From Lama guanicoe (Eukaryota), in the NCBI GenBank assembly GCA_013239625.1, contig MU054187.1:16818941-16854871 (forward strand): a stretch of 35,931 nt of DNA, read 5' to 3'. Numbering within the stretch: position 1 is the first letter of the stretch; each line of letters starts with the position of its first letter. Positions 1 to 12,267 of the stretch are shown piece after piece. The notes beneath the pieces are model-generated. The model had not been told where the DNA came from. It did no database searches and was given only the letters and a program-made list of their open reading frames with translations. Both the position numbers and the translations under genes were made by a program.

Positions 1-1165
1 GACTGTTGAATAAAGACCTAGAGGAAGTGGAGAAACTAGAATTGTGAACAAATGAAGGAAAAGTTCTGGGCAGGGGAAGCAGCATTTGTAAATATGGGAG
101 TAACTCTGGGCTCTATGAGAAATAGCAAGGAAGCCAGTGCTCCTGGGAATGAGGGTAAAAGGAGGAGAAAGAGCTGGCACATTGAGAGGAGTAATAGGGA
201 CCCAGATAATTTAGGATTCTGAATATCACTGAAAGGACTTTGGCTTTTATCTGAGACATAGGGCCTTTGGAGAGTTTTGAGTAGAGGATTGACATGCTAT
301 GAATTAAATTTTAGTAGAATTACTCTGATATGGCATTGAGAATAGAAGAATGACAGCACTGAGGCAGGAAGACCTGCAGATGGCTTATTGAAATAACCCA
401 GATGAGAGATGATGGTGGCCTCAACCAAGCTGGTAACAGTGATGGAATGGAGAAGCAGTAAAATTCTGAATATATTTTGGAATTTGAGACCATAGGGTTT
501 GTTATCAGATTGGCTATGGGGTTGACAGAACATTGAGTCAAGAATGACAACGTGATTATCAAACTTGAATAACTGGAAGAATGCAGTTCCTCTTGAGTAA
601 TTTTGGAAAGGCTGAGGAGGAGCAGTTTTAGGGGAATATCACAGAGCAGTTTTGGATGTGTTAAGTTTGAGGTGTAAATTAAATTAGTAAATGGAGCTGC
701 CAAGGCCCTTGAAAATACGGGTCTATAATTCATAAGGGACTATAAGTAGAAAACATAAACTTGGGAGTTAGCAGCATAAAAGTGTGATATTCCAAGCCAT
801 AAAGTGGATGGCACCGTTACTATACTGATGGAACAGAGAATAGGTCCAATGACAGAGTCCAGGAACATTCTAACCTTTGAGTCAGAGATTAAAAACAAAA
901 CAAAAAAAGAAGAAGTAGACTTTGAGAAGGAATGACCAAACAGGTAGGAAAAAGCCTGCATGAGAGTGATGTTTTGCTATGTTAAAAGATATGTTAAAAA
1001 AAGAGAGAAATGATTTTGAGGACAAAATGAATAACAACCGATGAAATAGGATGAAGTCTGAGGGATGACTACTGGATTTAGCAAAGTGACGGTCATTGCT
1101 GAAGTTGGTCATAGTTTCGTTGCCGTGATAATGGTGGAACCTAATTTAGTGGGTTCTAGAGAAAA

Positions 1166-1360
1166 CAGCCTCCCAATTTAATAGACAAACAATATTTTTT
1201 TTTCAGTATAGCACAGGGAACTGTATTCAATATCTTGTAGTAACCTATAATGAAAAAGAATATGAAAATGAATACATGTATATGTATGACTGAAACGTTA
1301 GGTTGTACACCAGAAATTGACACTTTGTAAACTGACTATACTTCAATTTTTTAAAAAGAG
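1166..1360 (+). mobile_element. 5'-truncated L1 3' UTR end (cetartiodactyl, probably camelid type) inserted in L2
   Basis: gtatagcacagggaactgtattcaatatcttgtagtaacctataatgaaaaagaat...gtacaccagaaattgacac...gactatacttcaat matches the recalled L1 terminus. Candidate TSD AGAGAAAA at 1158-1165 and 1361-1368. Confidence 0.9.
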
Positions 1361-2606
1361 AGAGAAAAGGTGAAGGAAGAAATAGGAGACCACTATGCAT
1401 AGATTCTTTCAAAGAGCTTTGTCATCAAATTGGAGGTAAGTTATGGGTAAGCTGCAAGGAGGAATTGGGTGTAGGCAGTTTTATTTTTTTTTCAATGTGG
1501 TTGAAATTGGAGCTTGTGACACCCTGATGGAATGAGCCAAGGGAAAGGAAAAGGTTGAGAATGCAAAAGAAAGAACATAAAGTTGCTGGAGTGGACCCCT
1601 GATGTATAAGTGGGAATGTTGTCCTACTTATGATCACTCAGAACTCACCCACAGTAATGGCAGAGAACATGAGGTGCTATTAGCACAGATGCAGGCAGGA
1701 AGTGAGATGGAGTAAAGGCAGTTTATGTAAAATCTGTTTTTTTGTTTTTGTTTTTGCTTCTATATTCTCACTCAAGTAGGAAGCAAAGTCAAGAAGTCGG
1801 TGTGAAGAAATTGGAATAGGTTTTGGGGGTATGAGAAGAATAATTATCTAAAACAGTAGATGAGAAAATAGATTAAATAAATATAGCATTATCCATAAGC
1901 AGGCTTCTCAGTTCTCTTAAATTTTGTCATCACAATAGACCAGTCAGCAATTGTGTATTGTTTTCCAACCGGGTTTAGCTTCAGGGGTCCCAGGGTAGAG
2001 TTGGTGGGAAGTTGAATTTAATCAAGCTTTTAGTTTAGCAAGTGGAAAAAAAATCAAAAGAAAGGTTCATTATAATAATTTACCATAAATCAAAGCTGAA
2101 TAAATAGTAAAGAAAGGACATGAGGGGAGTAAGGGGCAGTGACAAGTTGGAGATAAACGGGTTGAAAGTTCAAGTGAAGTCCACAGTTATGAGGGATAGG
2201 TGTCAGAAGGAGTAAACTGGAGAGATTAAAATGATAGTAGACAGTAAGGTATGTTAAACTGAGAGAGTTTGTTATTGAAAATGTCGAAGTCAAGGATATG
2301 ATGTTGGGATGGAATAGCTGATGTAGGGAGGTGAACAAGATCACTGGATGAAGGAGTTCAAGGATTTGAGAGATCATCAAGGTTTTGCCTTCTATGGGGA
2401 GCTCAAAATCACCAAGAAGGAGGACAGGTGTGGAACTGAACAGAATATTAATGAGTCAGGAGCTAGAATTTTTAAAGAAAGAGGGGAGTCCCTTGGGGAG
2501 TATTAGATGACTACAAAGTGCAGGGATAGTGGTCTGGAAGCAGCAAAGGGGAACCAAAAAAAAATCTACTTCCTTTCTCGGTCCTGAGGCAGAAGGGATG
2601 TGGACA

Positions 2607-2645
2607 CAAAAATAAAACAAAACAAAACAAACAAACAAACAAAAG
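2607..2645. repeat. (AAAAC)n/(AAAC)n simple repeat
   Basis: Read directly from the sequence. Confidence 0.85.
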
Positions 2646-3714
2646 CCAAATAAACCATGAGTTATTTGAAAAACTTCTAGAAGTAGTGTCATGGAAGTAC
2701 CAAGCTTCAGTTCAGTAGGAGATGGGGACTTTCATGTAAGTAGCTTGGTATAAGCTTTAAAAGTTATTTACTGATGATTGACCTTAAAGTCCAGAGTGTT
2801 AAAATTTAGGCAATGCATAGGGTTAAGAGATGATGTCAGAAGAGACAGAGGCCACTGCTGGATGAGGATTTGACCTGGGCTATTGGGGACAGAAAAGGGC
2901 ATGATGCCATCTGTCCTGATGTTGTAAAGCCAGTGATAGCAAGTCTGTGACTGCTGATGGGAGAGAAGAATGTGAATGGAAAGCAGGGTGTCCTAGTGCA
3001 GTAAGTGGAAGGAGAAAAATTGGGGGCTCTCCATAGACTCCTGCTGACAAAGACTTTGAGTCCTGCAGAGGAGAGATAAGGGCAGTTGGCTAACTCTTGC
3101 TGATGGTTGTGCGCAGAGGGAATTTATTCCAGGACAGTAGTAGCCTCCCTCTTGTTTTGACTGTCATGAGTCCTGGTGCTTTGACAAACTGAATTCAGCA
3201 AAGCTCATTCATTCAGTAAGGCTGAGTGACTGTCTTGAGTGACCTGGATGTGGTCATTGTTATCATCTATAAAATTAAACTGTACCCATCAAATTCGTCC
3301 AAGCTGTCTGCCTCACCTTAACATTTCTTACCCACCTCTTTGTATATTCAGCAGTAAGAATTTTGCCAACCAGCTAAGTTGAGCAAAAGTCATGGAGACC
3401 AACCACTCTCCAAAAAATAATGTTTTGATGGGACTGAGGAGTAGAAATGCAGAAGTGATTTTCAAACACAAGCCACCTGGGGAAGTGCTAAGAGGTGTCA
3501 TTCTTACTTTCTATCTCTCTTAATTTAATATTATTTCTTTAATCTTGTTTCTGATCTGCCACAATCTTATCTTCCTTGCTCTGGTCTAATTTCTAGTTTA
3601 ACGTTGTATTATTTTTCACTTATTTTCCTCACAATCATTCTGACATATTTCTATTTCTTAAGTGAGGTCCTCACTTAAAATAATTCATCTTCAAGCTCTG
3701 ATTACTTTTATTTA

Positions 3715-3942
3715 CTTTTTGTTTTAGCTGTAGTAAAAGTCTCTGTTTTTGATGTACAGTGGTATGAGTTTTGACCACTGCCTAGAAACACGTAGACCCC
3801 ACAACAATCAATGTGCAGAACTGTTCCATCATTCCGAAAAAATGCCTTCATGCTGCCCTTTGTATTAAACCTCTCCCCAACCCTTAACCCCTAGCAACCA
3901 CTGATCTGTCCGTGTCCCTAGAGCTTTGACTTTTCCAGAATG
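3715..3942 (-). mobile_element. Old L1 (L1MC/L1MD-like) 3' end
   Basis: tgtacagtggtatgagttttgac...cagaactgttccatcattcc...cccctagcaaccactgatctgt...gacttttccagaatg is the typical antisense L1M terminus. Confidence 0.85.
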
Positions 3943-3984
3943 GAAATCTAATCAGAATGTCATTGGTCCTTATTCATGACAGAA

Positions 3985-4085
3985 ATTACATTCATCCAAT
4001 TATTCAAGGCAGACATTTGAGAAACGTCCTTAACAATTCTTTATTCAGACCCTACATCTAATCAATTATTATGTCTTCCTTATTA
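3985..4085 (+). mobile_element. LINE-2 fragment
   Basis: catccaattattcaaggcagacatttgag...ccctacatctaatcaatt resembles the L2 ORF2 3' region. Confidence 0.5.
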
Positions 4086-4804
4086 TTTCTGGAATTCCTT
4101 CCTCCCTTTCAGTGAGCAAGGAGAAGTAAGAAAGAGGAAGTTACTGGAATTTCACATTTAATAAGTATGGTTTTGAAATTGTTGGTCATTATTCTTAAGG
4201 AATTTTCCTTACAAGGCACTGTTTATTGATTGGTTTGGTAGGCTTATGTTGGTAATAGGAGAAAAAGTTGAAAAGGTTTAGGACAGAAAAAGGTAAATGT
4301 AGACTGTAGCTCTCATTTGGAAAGAGGTGTAAAAAAAGAAATAATTTGATAAAGTGAAAATATTTTCCTGGTGTGAATAAAGATCTTAAGAACAGAGAAC
4401 TGGTAAAATTGAAAATTGAGAGAGATTCTGATGATCTAGTCCCTTAGGATTTAATACCAGCAGGTGAAATTTTTTCTGCTTGCTCACCATTCAGCAGACG
4501 CTACCTTACTACTGGAATATTCACTATTTCCTTTCCAAACATGCTATTTCATGCCTTTCCCTTGATTCATCTTCTGAGCATGAAAGCTGAGGGGAGTCCA
4601 GGTAGTTATCTTTAATAGTAACCAACATATGTTCTTTATTTTTAACTTTTAAAATGTGACAAACATACACATTGAGAATAATTAGATCTCATTCTGTGAC
4701 GAGGATTGCATAGATTTTGCTATAATATTTATATATGACATAGTGGATAAATTCCTCACTGAGAGATACAATACTTTTCAATGTAGCTAAATTTGGTGCT
4801 CCAG

Positions 4805-4856
4805 CCCCCTCTACTTTATCCCCCCTCTACTTTATCCCCCCTTTACTTTATCCCCC
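4805..4856. repeat. 16-bp minisatellite CCCCCTCTACTTTATC, about 3.25 copies
   Basis: Units at 4805, 4821 and 4837; the third has one C>T change. Confidence 0.95.
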
Positions 4857-5377
4857 ACATGTTTTATGGAATCTCAGTGTGAATCTTACTATGATGAGTG
4901 TCTCTTACACTGAACTTTGAACTTTTTAAAATATATCATTAATGTGTAAGGATCTTGATCCCGAAGAAAACGAAAATTTTTCTGGAAAGAGAAATGGATA
5001 GACAAAACAAACACACAAATCAAAATAGCCAAAAATAGAAATAACACATAGATATACATAATGTTTCTTATGTATGACGGATTACATTCTCAGATTTATC
5101 ACCACATTTTACTAAATGTGGAACTGTGTTGGCGAGTAAATGAATCGCCAAACCTAGGGGATAAAATCGTTTTATCAGATGGAGGATTCAAAAGGAATGG
5201 GGATGATTGGTGTTACAGTGACTAATTAAAAGATCTTTTTTTCAACGATCAGGTGAAATGAGTTAGGGATAAGGACAGTTAATTAGATCTTGAAGGTGTG
5301 AGACTTCTAGAAAGCCCACAAATCCTAAAATACTCAGTTGGTGACAAGTGTGAAGACTGCCTCTTTGTTGTAAGTAT

Positions 5378-5670
5378 TGTCCACTTGGATGCTCCAATCT
5401 ATCTCAAACTCGACCATAGTCAACTCTGAGAATTAGGCTACCTGTCTCAACCTGTGCTCATACCTGACCCTTATCAGATTCTTTGTCATTTACCTGCATC
5501 ACATCTTAGTTTGGTACCTTTGAAGTATTGTCTATTCCTGCCATGGGCCTCCACTGTACCACGTACAGGTTTTCATTCTCTAGTATGAAATTAACTCATG
5601 TATTTACTTGGTAAAACATATTATTGTCTACACATCCTTCTTCTTTTTCACTGGATGTGAATTCCAGAAT
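5378..5670 (+). mobile_element. Degenerate LINE-2 fragments
   Basis: ccacttggatgctccaatctatctcaaactc (cf. ccacttggatgtctaataggcatctcaaactt) and a 3'-region-like ctggatgtgaattcc. Confidence 0.5.
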
Positions 5671-6624
5671 TGGTTGAACTAAGTTTCAGAATGAGATTCA
5701 CTCTGAATACAGCAGAAATAAAGAGCAGACCAAACTTTCGCTGTGTAGCACAGAATCATTTTCCTATCAACCATTCTACTCTCTCAGATACAGTAGACCA
5801 GAGAAAACATATTCCTGGAAGATGAAGGACCTTAATGGTACTTTCAGTGGTTCAGATCCTGGTTCTTCCACCAGCTCATTTTTGAACATACCATTTATTA
5901 ACTTTTTTTAGTCCCAATTTTATTCTTTTTTTTTAGGTGATAGAATTGATGTGGGTTGGTTGATGTCAAAATATAGACAGCAACAGATTCCTTTCTCTAA
6001 AAAAAAGGATGCAGAAGTCAAATGTGTAAAATAAACCAGATCTTCTTTGGTTAAAACAGAGGGGAGGGGGTGGAAACTTTGAAATCCTGATGGGAGCCTC
6101 TGAAAGAGTCCACAGTGAACACCACTCTTCTCCATGATACGTAGCCTTACTCGCACTGCTGACACTTGTGAGTCCAAGTTGTATTGAAACCGTGTTAGAA
6201 TTTAATTCAGTATGTCTTGAAATCTGAGTGTTACAGAGGGATAGGAATGGAAGAAAAAAAAGATCATTAAAGGAAGTTTTTACATTTATGGTTTTCTTGC
6301 GCCTTGGTGTGAGATTCGTTCACCATGTATTCACGGATCAAAAAAACAACTTATTAAAGCACCAGCCATTTGAGTTTTTGAGCCTCTAAGTAAAATCCTT
6401 ACCCTAACCCTCAAACAGCAGCTAGAAACTTGAACACCTGGCCTAGAAGAGAAGGGAAGAGATAATCAGAGAGAAGAGTGAGAGATTGGAGAGTGGGATA
6501 AAGTTTGTGTACTGACTACCTGCCCCACCAACTCTGCCGTCCTCACCACAGGCGCTGGTGAGAAGTTCTCCTTTAATTTACGTATTTATTTTCCTAGCAA
6601 GTGTGAAGCCTGCTTGTTTCAGTT

Positions 6625-6705
6625 CTGCTCATCAAACGCTCACTGAGGGCCTACTCTGGGGCAGTCACTCTGCCAGGTAGCAGAGATTCAAAGATAAATA
6701 CCATG
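6625..6705 (-). mobile_element. LINE-2 3' end fragment
   Basis: catcaaacgctcactgagggcctactctggggcagtcactctgccagg...gagattcaaagataaata resembles the antisense L2 tail. Confidence 0.65.
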
Positions 6706-7417
6706 TACTCTTAATCCTTTGAACAGGTTATTTCAAATGCAGTTTAGAGAAATTGCACTTGATGGAGCAGAGAGGGCTTAAAAATTGGTCTGCCTTTTCC
6801 CCCTGCTAAAAACATTGGTTTAGAAAAAGCAAGGTGAAAAAAACTCTGAGAAAAAGATCATATGTAAATATGTTTGTATTCCAGTGGTGCAATGGAGTTA
6901 TCCTGTTCTCTATCTTTGAGATCTTAATTTCAGTAGTTGTTTTATAGAGGATTGAGTTTCCTTTCCCACATCTATTGTATTAGGAAAGAAATGAGAGATG
7001 AATGGGCCAGATAGGAAGTAAAGAGGAGATAGCAAGCGTGTATATTAAAGGTTAATGGGAAAGAAGATAGGAGATTAAGTTAGAATTGAGAGGAAGTGTT
7101 AGTGGAGTACTGAGAAAGAAATTGAAGGGACTAAGATACATTAAGGAAAAAAGAAAAGAGACACAGGGAACAACCAGGAAACAAACAAACAAAAAAGTAA
7201 GAACATATTTAAAGAATTATTCCAAATGATAATCAGCAATTTTTGCTTGTAACCAATTTCAAAAGCTACTGAAATTTTAGATTTAAACTTTTGAATTCAG
7301 ATACAAAACCACTGCTATGATAGAGGAGGCATACTTTTGAGGAGGGCTGAAAAGCAAGATGGTGTTATTTTATTATAGAATGTAGCATGCATGTACCTGG
7401 TGATATAGTACTTAAAC

Positions 7418-7520
7418 ATGTATTACTTAAATTACTATTTATTATAGGTAATAAAATAAATAAATAAAGACAAATATGTATTACTTAAATGACTATGTAT
7501 TAGATAATAAATATAAATAG
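7418..7520. repeat. Imperfect AT-rich tandem duplication, period about 58 bp
   Basis: atgtattacttaaat starts at both 7418 and 7476 with similar downstream sequence. Confidence 0.75.
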
Positions 7521-8111
7521 CTATGAAATAGTCACAGAATATATATTTAAAATATTACTTAACTGAAGTCTACAAAGAAAACGTTTCTGTGTCCTTGCTG
7601 ATACTGTGTGTAAACAATGTGCTGTTGTTCTCCAGAAACAAAATGATTTAGTAATACAAATGCTTACTTTTGGTTCCAGTTCTTGTAATAGATGTAGTCA
7701 AAGACTAGGAGCCCCTATACTCCTAAAACACAAAATTGAGAACAATCTAAAATTAAAAAAAAAAAGAAAGCATAAAATAGGTCTTCCTCTCTGAGAAAGG
7801 TGTACAAGAGGGCTGTCTCAGTTTCACCCAGCAATCCAAGTGGCGGGAATGTAACTTACTTAACTGTATTAACACCTATGAGGCATGAGGTAATGGTGCT
7901 ATCGATAGATGAATATAAAAGAGGACTGGAAAGTAGGTCTGTATCAGGGCATCTCCGGCATCACTCAGGGAACAAGGGGCCCCAGGGAAAGGAGTCAGTG
8001 CCCCGGGGACAGCCAGCGTTCTGTAGCGCAGTTTGTAGCATCCCATTAGGCTGAGCAATGTGATCCACTGACACGCAGCTCCTCTGCCTGGACTGCAAGT
8101 TCATTGTATAC

Positions 8112-8316
8112 AGAGCCTAGTTCAAACTCTGAGTGCAGCTTTTAAAAGCTTTAACCTTGAGCTAGTTATTTAACTTTTCTTTGCCTCAGTGTCCATATCT
8201 GTAAAATAGGGGTAGTAATAGTGATGACTTCATGGAGTTGTCATGAAGATTATGAAAATTAATAAATGTAAAGTGCTTAGTGTCTGACATGTAGTAAGTA
8301 TCAAATAAGAATTAGC
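8112..8316 (+). mobile_element. MIR SINE
   Basis: Core ttgagctagttatttaacttttctttgcctcagtgtccatatctgtaaaatagggg and tail gtaaagtgcttag...tagtaagtatcaaataa. Confidence 0.9.
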
Positions 8317-8425
8317 TAGAGTATAAACTCCATAAAAGCATGGGTTTTTCCTCATCTAATTTATTGCTTTACCTCCAGCACCTACTATGTAATGGGTAGC
8401 CAATAATATTTGTTGAAGGAATGCA
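8317..8425 (+). mobile_element. LINE-2 3' end
   Basis: tagagtataaactccat...ctccagcaccta...caataatatttgttgaaggaatg. Confidence 0.75.
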
Positions 8426-8794
8426 CAAATTTGTTATCTTATGTTGCCTTTTAAGGGTGACATCATGAAACACAGAAATAATATTTTGGCCTACTTAGCC
8501 TTTATATACTTTATTAGAAATTAATAGAGACTGGCTTATGGTCATCTATATACTGTTGAAAGCAAAAACTGAGCCTTGATCCTTCATATATTCAGCTTCG
8601 GGTGACCTCTGAGCCAGGGCGAAAGCAGATACCTAGGAGAGAGCTGTCACCAACTTTGCTTCTTAGGGTAACGGTGCTTGGCAAAGTATTATCTTGTCAC
8701 TGAGTGTAATACTTGCTTTATAGTTCTCAGTTATAGGTAAAATGGTTCTGCTAATGAGTGTCATCTAAAAAATTCTACTCAATGTAGGGTTAAA

Positions 8795-8850
8795 ATCCTG
8801 TGCCTGCTGTAACATGATATTCAATATGCGTTTGTTGAATGAATGAATGA
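8795..8850 (+). mobile_element. LINE-2 terminal tail
   Basis: tcaatatgcgtttgttgaatgaatgaatga, the (TGAA)n L2 tail. Confidence 0.65.
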
Positions 8851-9061
8851 TTATGGCTTTATAGCAATCTGAATCCCTCTTGATAGAGTTATTCTAGGAC
8901 CTCTGTCTGCAGCTACAATAAAACATTTTCTTAATTAGAGTTACATACAAATGACTTGACTAGCAATATATTTTGAAATTTCAGTATTGTATTCAAAGTC
9001 TGTATTATAATAAGACTAATGTTTATTAATTAATAAATGAATTAATTCATCTGGTCATGAA

Positions 9062-9282
9062 GCATTGAGCAAAGGCCTAATGTGTATAAGGCACCATGTC
9101 ACATATGATATATATCATCTGCTCTAATCTTCATAAAAACCTCATAAAATTTTTCTATTATTTTCTCTACTTTTTACAGATAACGAATTTCTCAAATAAA
9201 ATATGCCCCAAATCAGCACAGCTAGCAAATGGCAGAGCTTCAATGTCAAGCCAAGATCCACCTGCCTCCAGAACCACTGCCA
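9062..9282 (-). mobile_element. MIR SINE
   Basis: taatcttcataaaaacctcat...tttttacagataacgaa...gcccaaatcagcacagctagcaaatggcagagc...gcctccagaacc. Confidence 0.85.
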
Positions 9283-11753
9283 TTCAGTAAGTTCTAATTA
9301 TTCATACATGCATCTGTTGTTTTTGTAGGATTTTGTCTAATATGCATTTTCTACATGACTCACACTATTTCTTTAAACTGGGATGTCTTTTTCTTTAGAA
9401 CATAAAATTAAGAATGAACTTTTTTTTGTTGTTTTAGTCTACTATTTTCTATTCAGTTTATCGATATGTTGTAAATTGTTCATGTACTTTCTTAGATGTT
9501 TATACAGAACATTCTTTGTTTAGCAGAGTCCCTTTCAAAAACTTAAGATTTCAGTTTTTGTTCGCTTGCATGCTATTTCTTAAATATTTACTAACAGTTT
9601 GCATTTCCTTAGCTAGATAGTAAAGCAATGAAAAAACATGCTTTTCTTTAAGGAGGTCAGATTTTTCCCTTATTAAATACAAAGATTTTTATTGAAAATG
9701 ATAAATTTTTCTGAAGTTATATTGCTATTGGGGAGCACCAGTCTATTCTTGGTTTTAGTCTGAATGAAAAAAGACCCAAATAGTATGTGATCATTGAGTC
9801 TTGACATTTGAGAGTGGTGGCAATGAAACCTTGAAATAGGTTTAAAATGTCACCTGTGTTTTTTGCTTTGTTTAAAACAAACTTCCTTTAAATCAAGGCT
9901 GAAGCTTTAGAATAGGGTTAAAATTCAAGCATCTTTTTCTGTTTCATAACATTACCTTATTTTTTTTTGTTCTGCTTCTAGAATTTCACCTTTTTTGTGT
10001 GCATTGAGCAAAAAGAACATTTATAATTATAACTTTTGTTCTGCTCATGAACTCATGAAGTTCATGAGTGCTTATTTTCAGTTTCCTCCCAGAAAATGAT
10101 CTTCAGAGAAGTACATGATGACTTTAGGTGTACCCTCATAGGTACTGAGAAGATGTCTGTGTCTGTCCTTGCTGAATATACATCCCTGTGTCTGACTGGA
10201 GGATGAGTAGAACTCTGCACATTTTCTACCCAGGGAAAAAGCTGAACAATTGTGAAGTTTTGATTAATAGTACTGATGCTTTAATGGCCCATTTTATATC
10301 CTGAACATGGTGGTGGAATATGTTCCCTTCTGTAAAGACTGTGGTTCTTCTGATTCACTTAGCATAGACAGCAAAAAGCATGAAAGATCTCTTGTCTCAC
10401 AGGAAGAAATGGGTGGCTGTATAATGCCAGTTGCATACATTACTGAACTGTTACAGAGGAGAGGAAATTGCCCAGTCAGAATAGATGTCTCTGTAGCCTT
10501 GTATCCGCATTCTAATAGCCACAGAGTTTATCTTAGTCTGAATGGAGCTCTATGTTATTAATTGTTTTAATGATTTCATTGATTTCTGTTAATCTAGGTA
10601 ATGTGCCTTACTAAATTCGGTAGTTTATTTTGCTTTTCAATTAACCTTTTACTTTTGTTATATCATTTTTTATTAAAAACAAAGGTTTTATCTGCATTTT
10701 AATGATATGCCTATCTTAGTATATTATGAATTATATTTGGCTCTCTTTAATGCAATTTTCCTGAATACTTCAGGGTAATGGCAAACCATAATCGTTCAGT
10801 ATTTTATTACAGGTTATCACTGACACAAGACACTTTTGAAGTCATTTGAATAAATGCTGGAATTCTCTATGTATTACCAAAATAATTTTTAAAGACTTTT
10901 TTTTTGTATTTTTGAAGAATACAATCAGGGCAGAAATGTAAAGCTTTAACTTGGTCTTTTATTTCTCAGATTTACGAATAATTGTATTATTTCAACTTAG
11001 CTGTAAGTTATTTTAATTTTATTCAATTAACAGATACAAAAATATGTAAAAAGTTTCTGTAAGTTTAAAGCAGTGTTTGAAATAGTGCATTCCAAAGGAA
11101 AGAATACAGTTAATATGTGTACCTTTCCTGGGTTTATAAAATATTTCACAGGCTTAGATAAATCATTTTATATTCAAATACAATCTGTCTAATTAAAGTC
11201 TTTATTTGGCAGATGTATGTAGAGTCATCTGTGTTTATAAAAACATTGGTGAAATTGTCCCACACCATGCTGAGGTAGGTTCTCTACTCTTCATTCCTGG
11301 AGAGTCACATTCATGCATAACTTTTTTGCCAATTAAAAACTGTTAACGGCACAACATTGTAATTGATTAGTCGCTGTATGTTTACAGCTCACTTTAATTG
11401 CTGAAAAACGCCATTTGTCAGTTTCATGTTCTATTGACAATGCTATTGATTTATCTGAATTTGGCTTTGTCTTGTCTCCCGTACATAAAACTCACATATG
11501 CAGTTCAGATGGGAAATGACTGTATTGATTTCCTTAACTTGAGCCCAAATGCTAAAGATTTTTGGATAAGCTTTCTCATTACTTAAGCCAAAATCAATAA
11601 GAAAGAGCATCTTTTAATGAAAGAGCAGTTTGAGCAACGTACTTCAGACATAGGGTCCTGTTCATTCTTTGCTTTACAAATCGATCTCCTAGCTTCCTTA
11701 AGTGAGGTCCAATTGGTTGACATTGTGGTTTGTCTTTGTGTGTAAACTTGCAG

Positions 11754-11831
11754 CTTCAGAAAAGAGAAGATGAGCTACAGAGACAGTGGAACGAAACTCT
11801 CTCCCTGAAAAAGGAGATGGTCCACTAGCAG
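11754..11831 (+). other. Candidate exon (78 nt if the weak donor is used, otherwise terminal)
   Basis: Acceptor tttgtctttgtgtgtaaacttgcag|, purine-rich exon-like body, possible donor CAG|gtagaa. All three frames stop within it; phase 0 reads LQKREDELQRQWNETLSLKKEMVH*. Confidence 0.4.
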
Positions 11832-11907
11832 GTAGAAAATCTAGTGTTGAAATGCAACACAACCCACAAATATACCAAAGAATTTTTACATCTTTTAACT
11901 CCATGCT

Positions 11908-11918
11908 TACATATACAT

Positions 11919-11951
<33 letters not shown>

Positions 11952-11977
11952 CACACACACACACATATATATATATA
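11908..11977. repeat. Compound (CA)n/(TA)n microsatellite
   Basis: Read directly from the sequence. Confidence 0.95.
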
Positions 11978-12250
11978 TTATCATTGCACAATATTTTAAA
12001 GAGTCCTTCACTGGCTCATCTTTTTAGTATCTATATTTGCATTATCATATACATTTACACCCATCTGATTTTTCACCTTGCATTTTAATATTTGCTTTTA
12101 TTTCAGAAAACGTCTGCTTGTCACTGCAGTTTATGTTTATGTAGTGCAAAATAATCCACTGAAACATCAGGCCATTTGAAAAATAACTTTTTGTTTAGTG
12201 ATTTTTTTATCGTCATTTCTTTTCATCATTGACTTTCCCATTTTCTGCAG

Positions 12251-12267
12251 GAAGGCGAGCACTGGAG
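12251..12267 (+). other. Candidate 17-nt microexon GAAGGCGAGCACTGGAG; skipping the donor would give a terminal exon
   Basis: AG-free pyrimidine-rich run 12199-12248, branch-like cattgac (12227-12233), acceptor ttttctgcag| and near-consensus donor GAG|gtgagc. Confidence 0.55.

Larger units (their letters stand above)
1..2760 (-). mobile_element. LINE-2 ORF2 fossil, from the APE endonuclease through the RT to the C-terminal region; interrupted by an L1 insertion at 1166-1360; runs off the left edge
   Basis: Minus-strand translations give L2-like motifs in the correct order: TEAW (~2700-2711; cf. TETWL), VVI*YSP (~2495-2515; cf. VIYRPP), TPVLLLGDFE (2402-2431; cf. GDFN), TNFSNDRHFAKSS (~1075-1110; cf. 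KVTNDLHIAKS) and FQNIFRILLLLHSITVTSLVEATIISHLGYFNKPSAGLPAS (ORF 297-533; cf. LQNISRIRP..LVQATIISRLDYCNSLLTGLP). Many stops and frameshifts. Confidence 0.9.

Noticed and set aside
113..2692. Cluster of minus-strand ORFs as genes
   Set aside because: They are frameshifted pieces of the L2 fossil.
4805..4856. Short direct repeats as a CRISPR-like array
   Set aside because: Head-to-tail with no spacers; an ordinary minisatellite.
5937..6034. Acceptor-like poly(T)AG followed by xDRIDVGWLMSKYRQQQIPFSKKKDAEVKCVK*
   Set aside because: Only a T-run before AG; no recognisable homology or other support.
10115..10195. C/D box snoRNA candidate (ATGATGA...CTGA)
   Set aside because: No convincing terminal stem or recognisable rRNA guide; the boxes are expected by chance.
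11698..12088. 97-aa and 100-aa ORFs with HT/CV repeats
   Set aside because: Kept open by the CA/TA microsatellite; no family resemblance.
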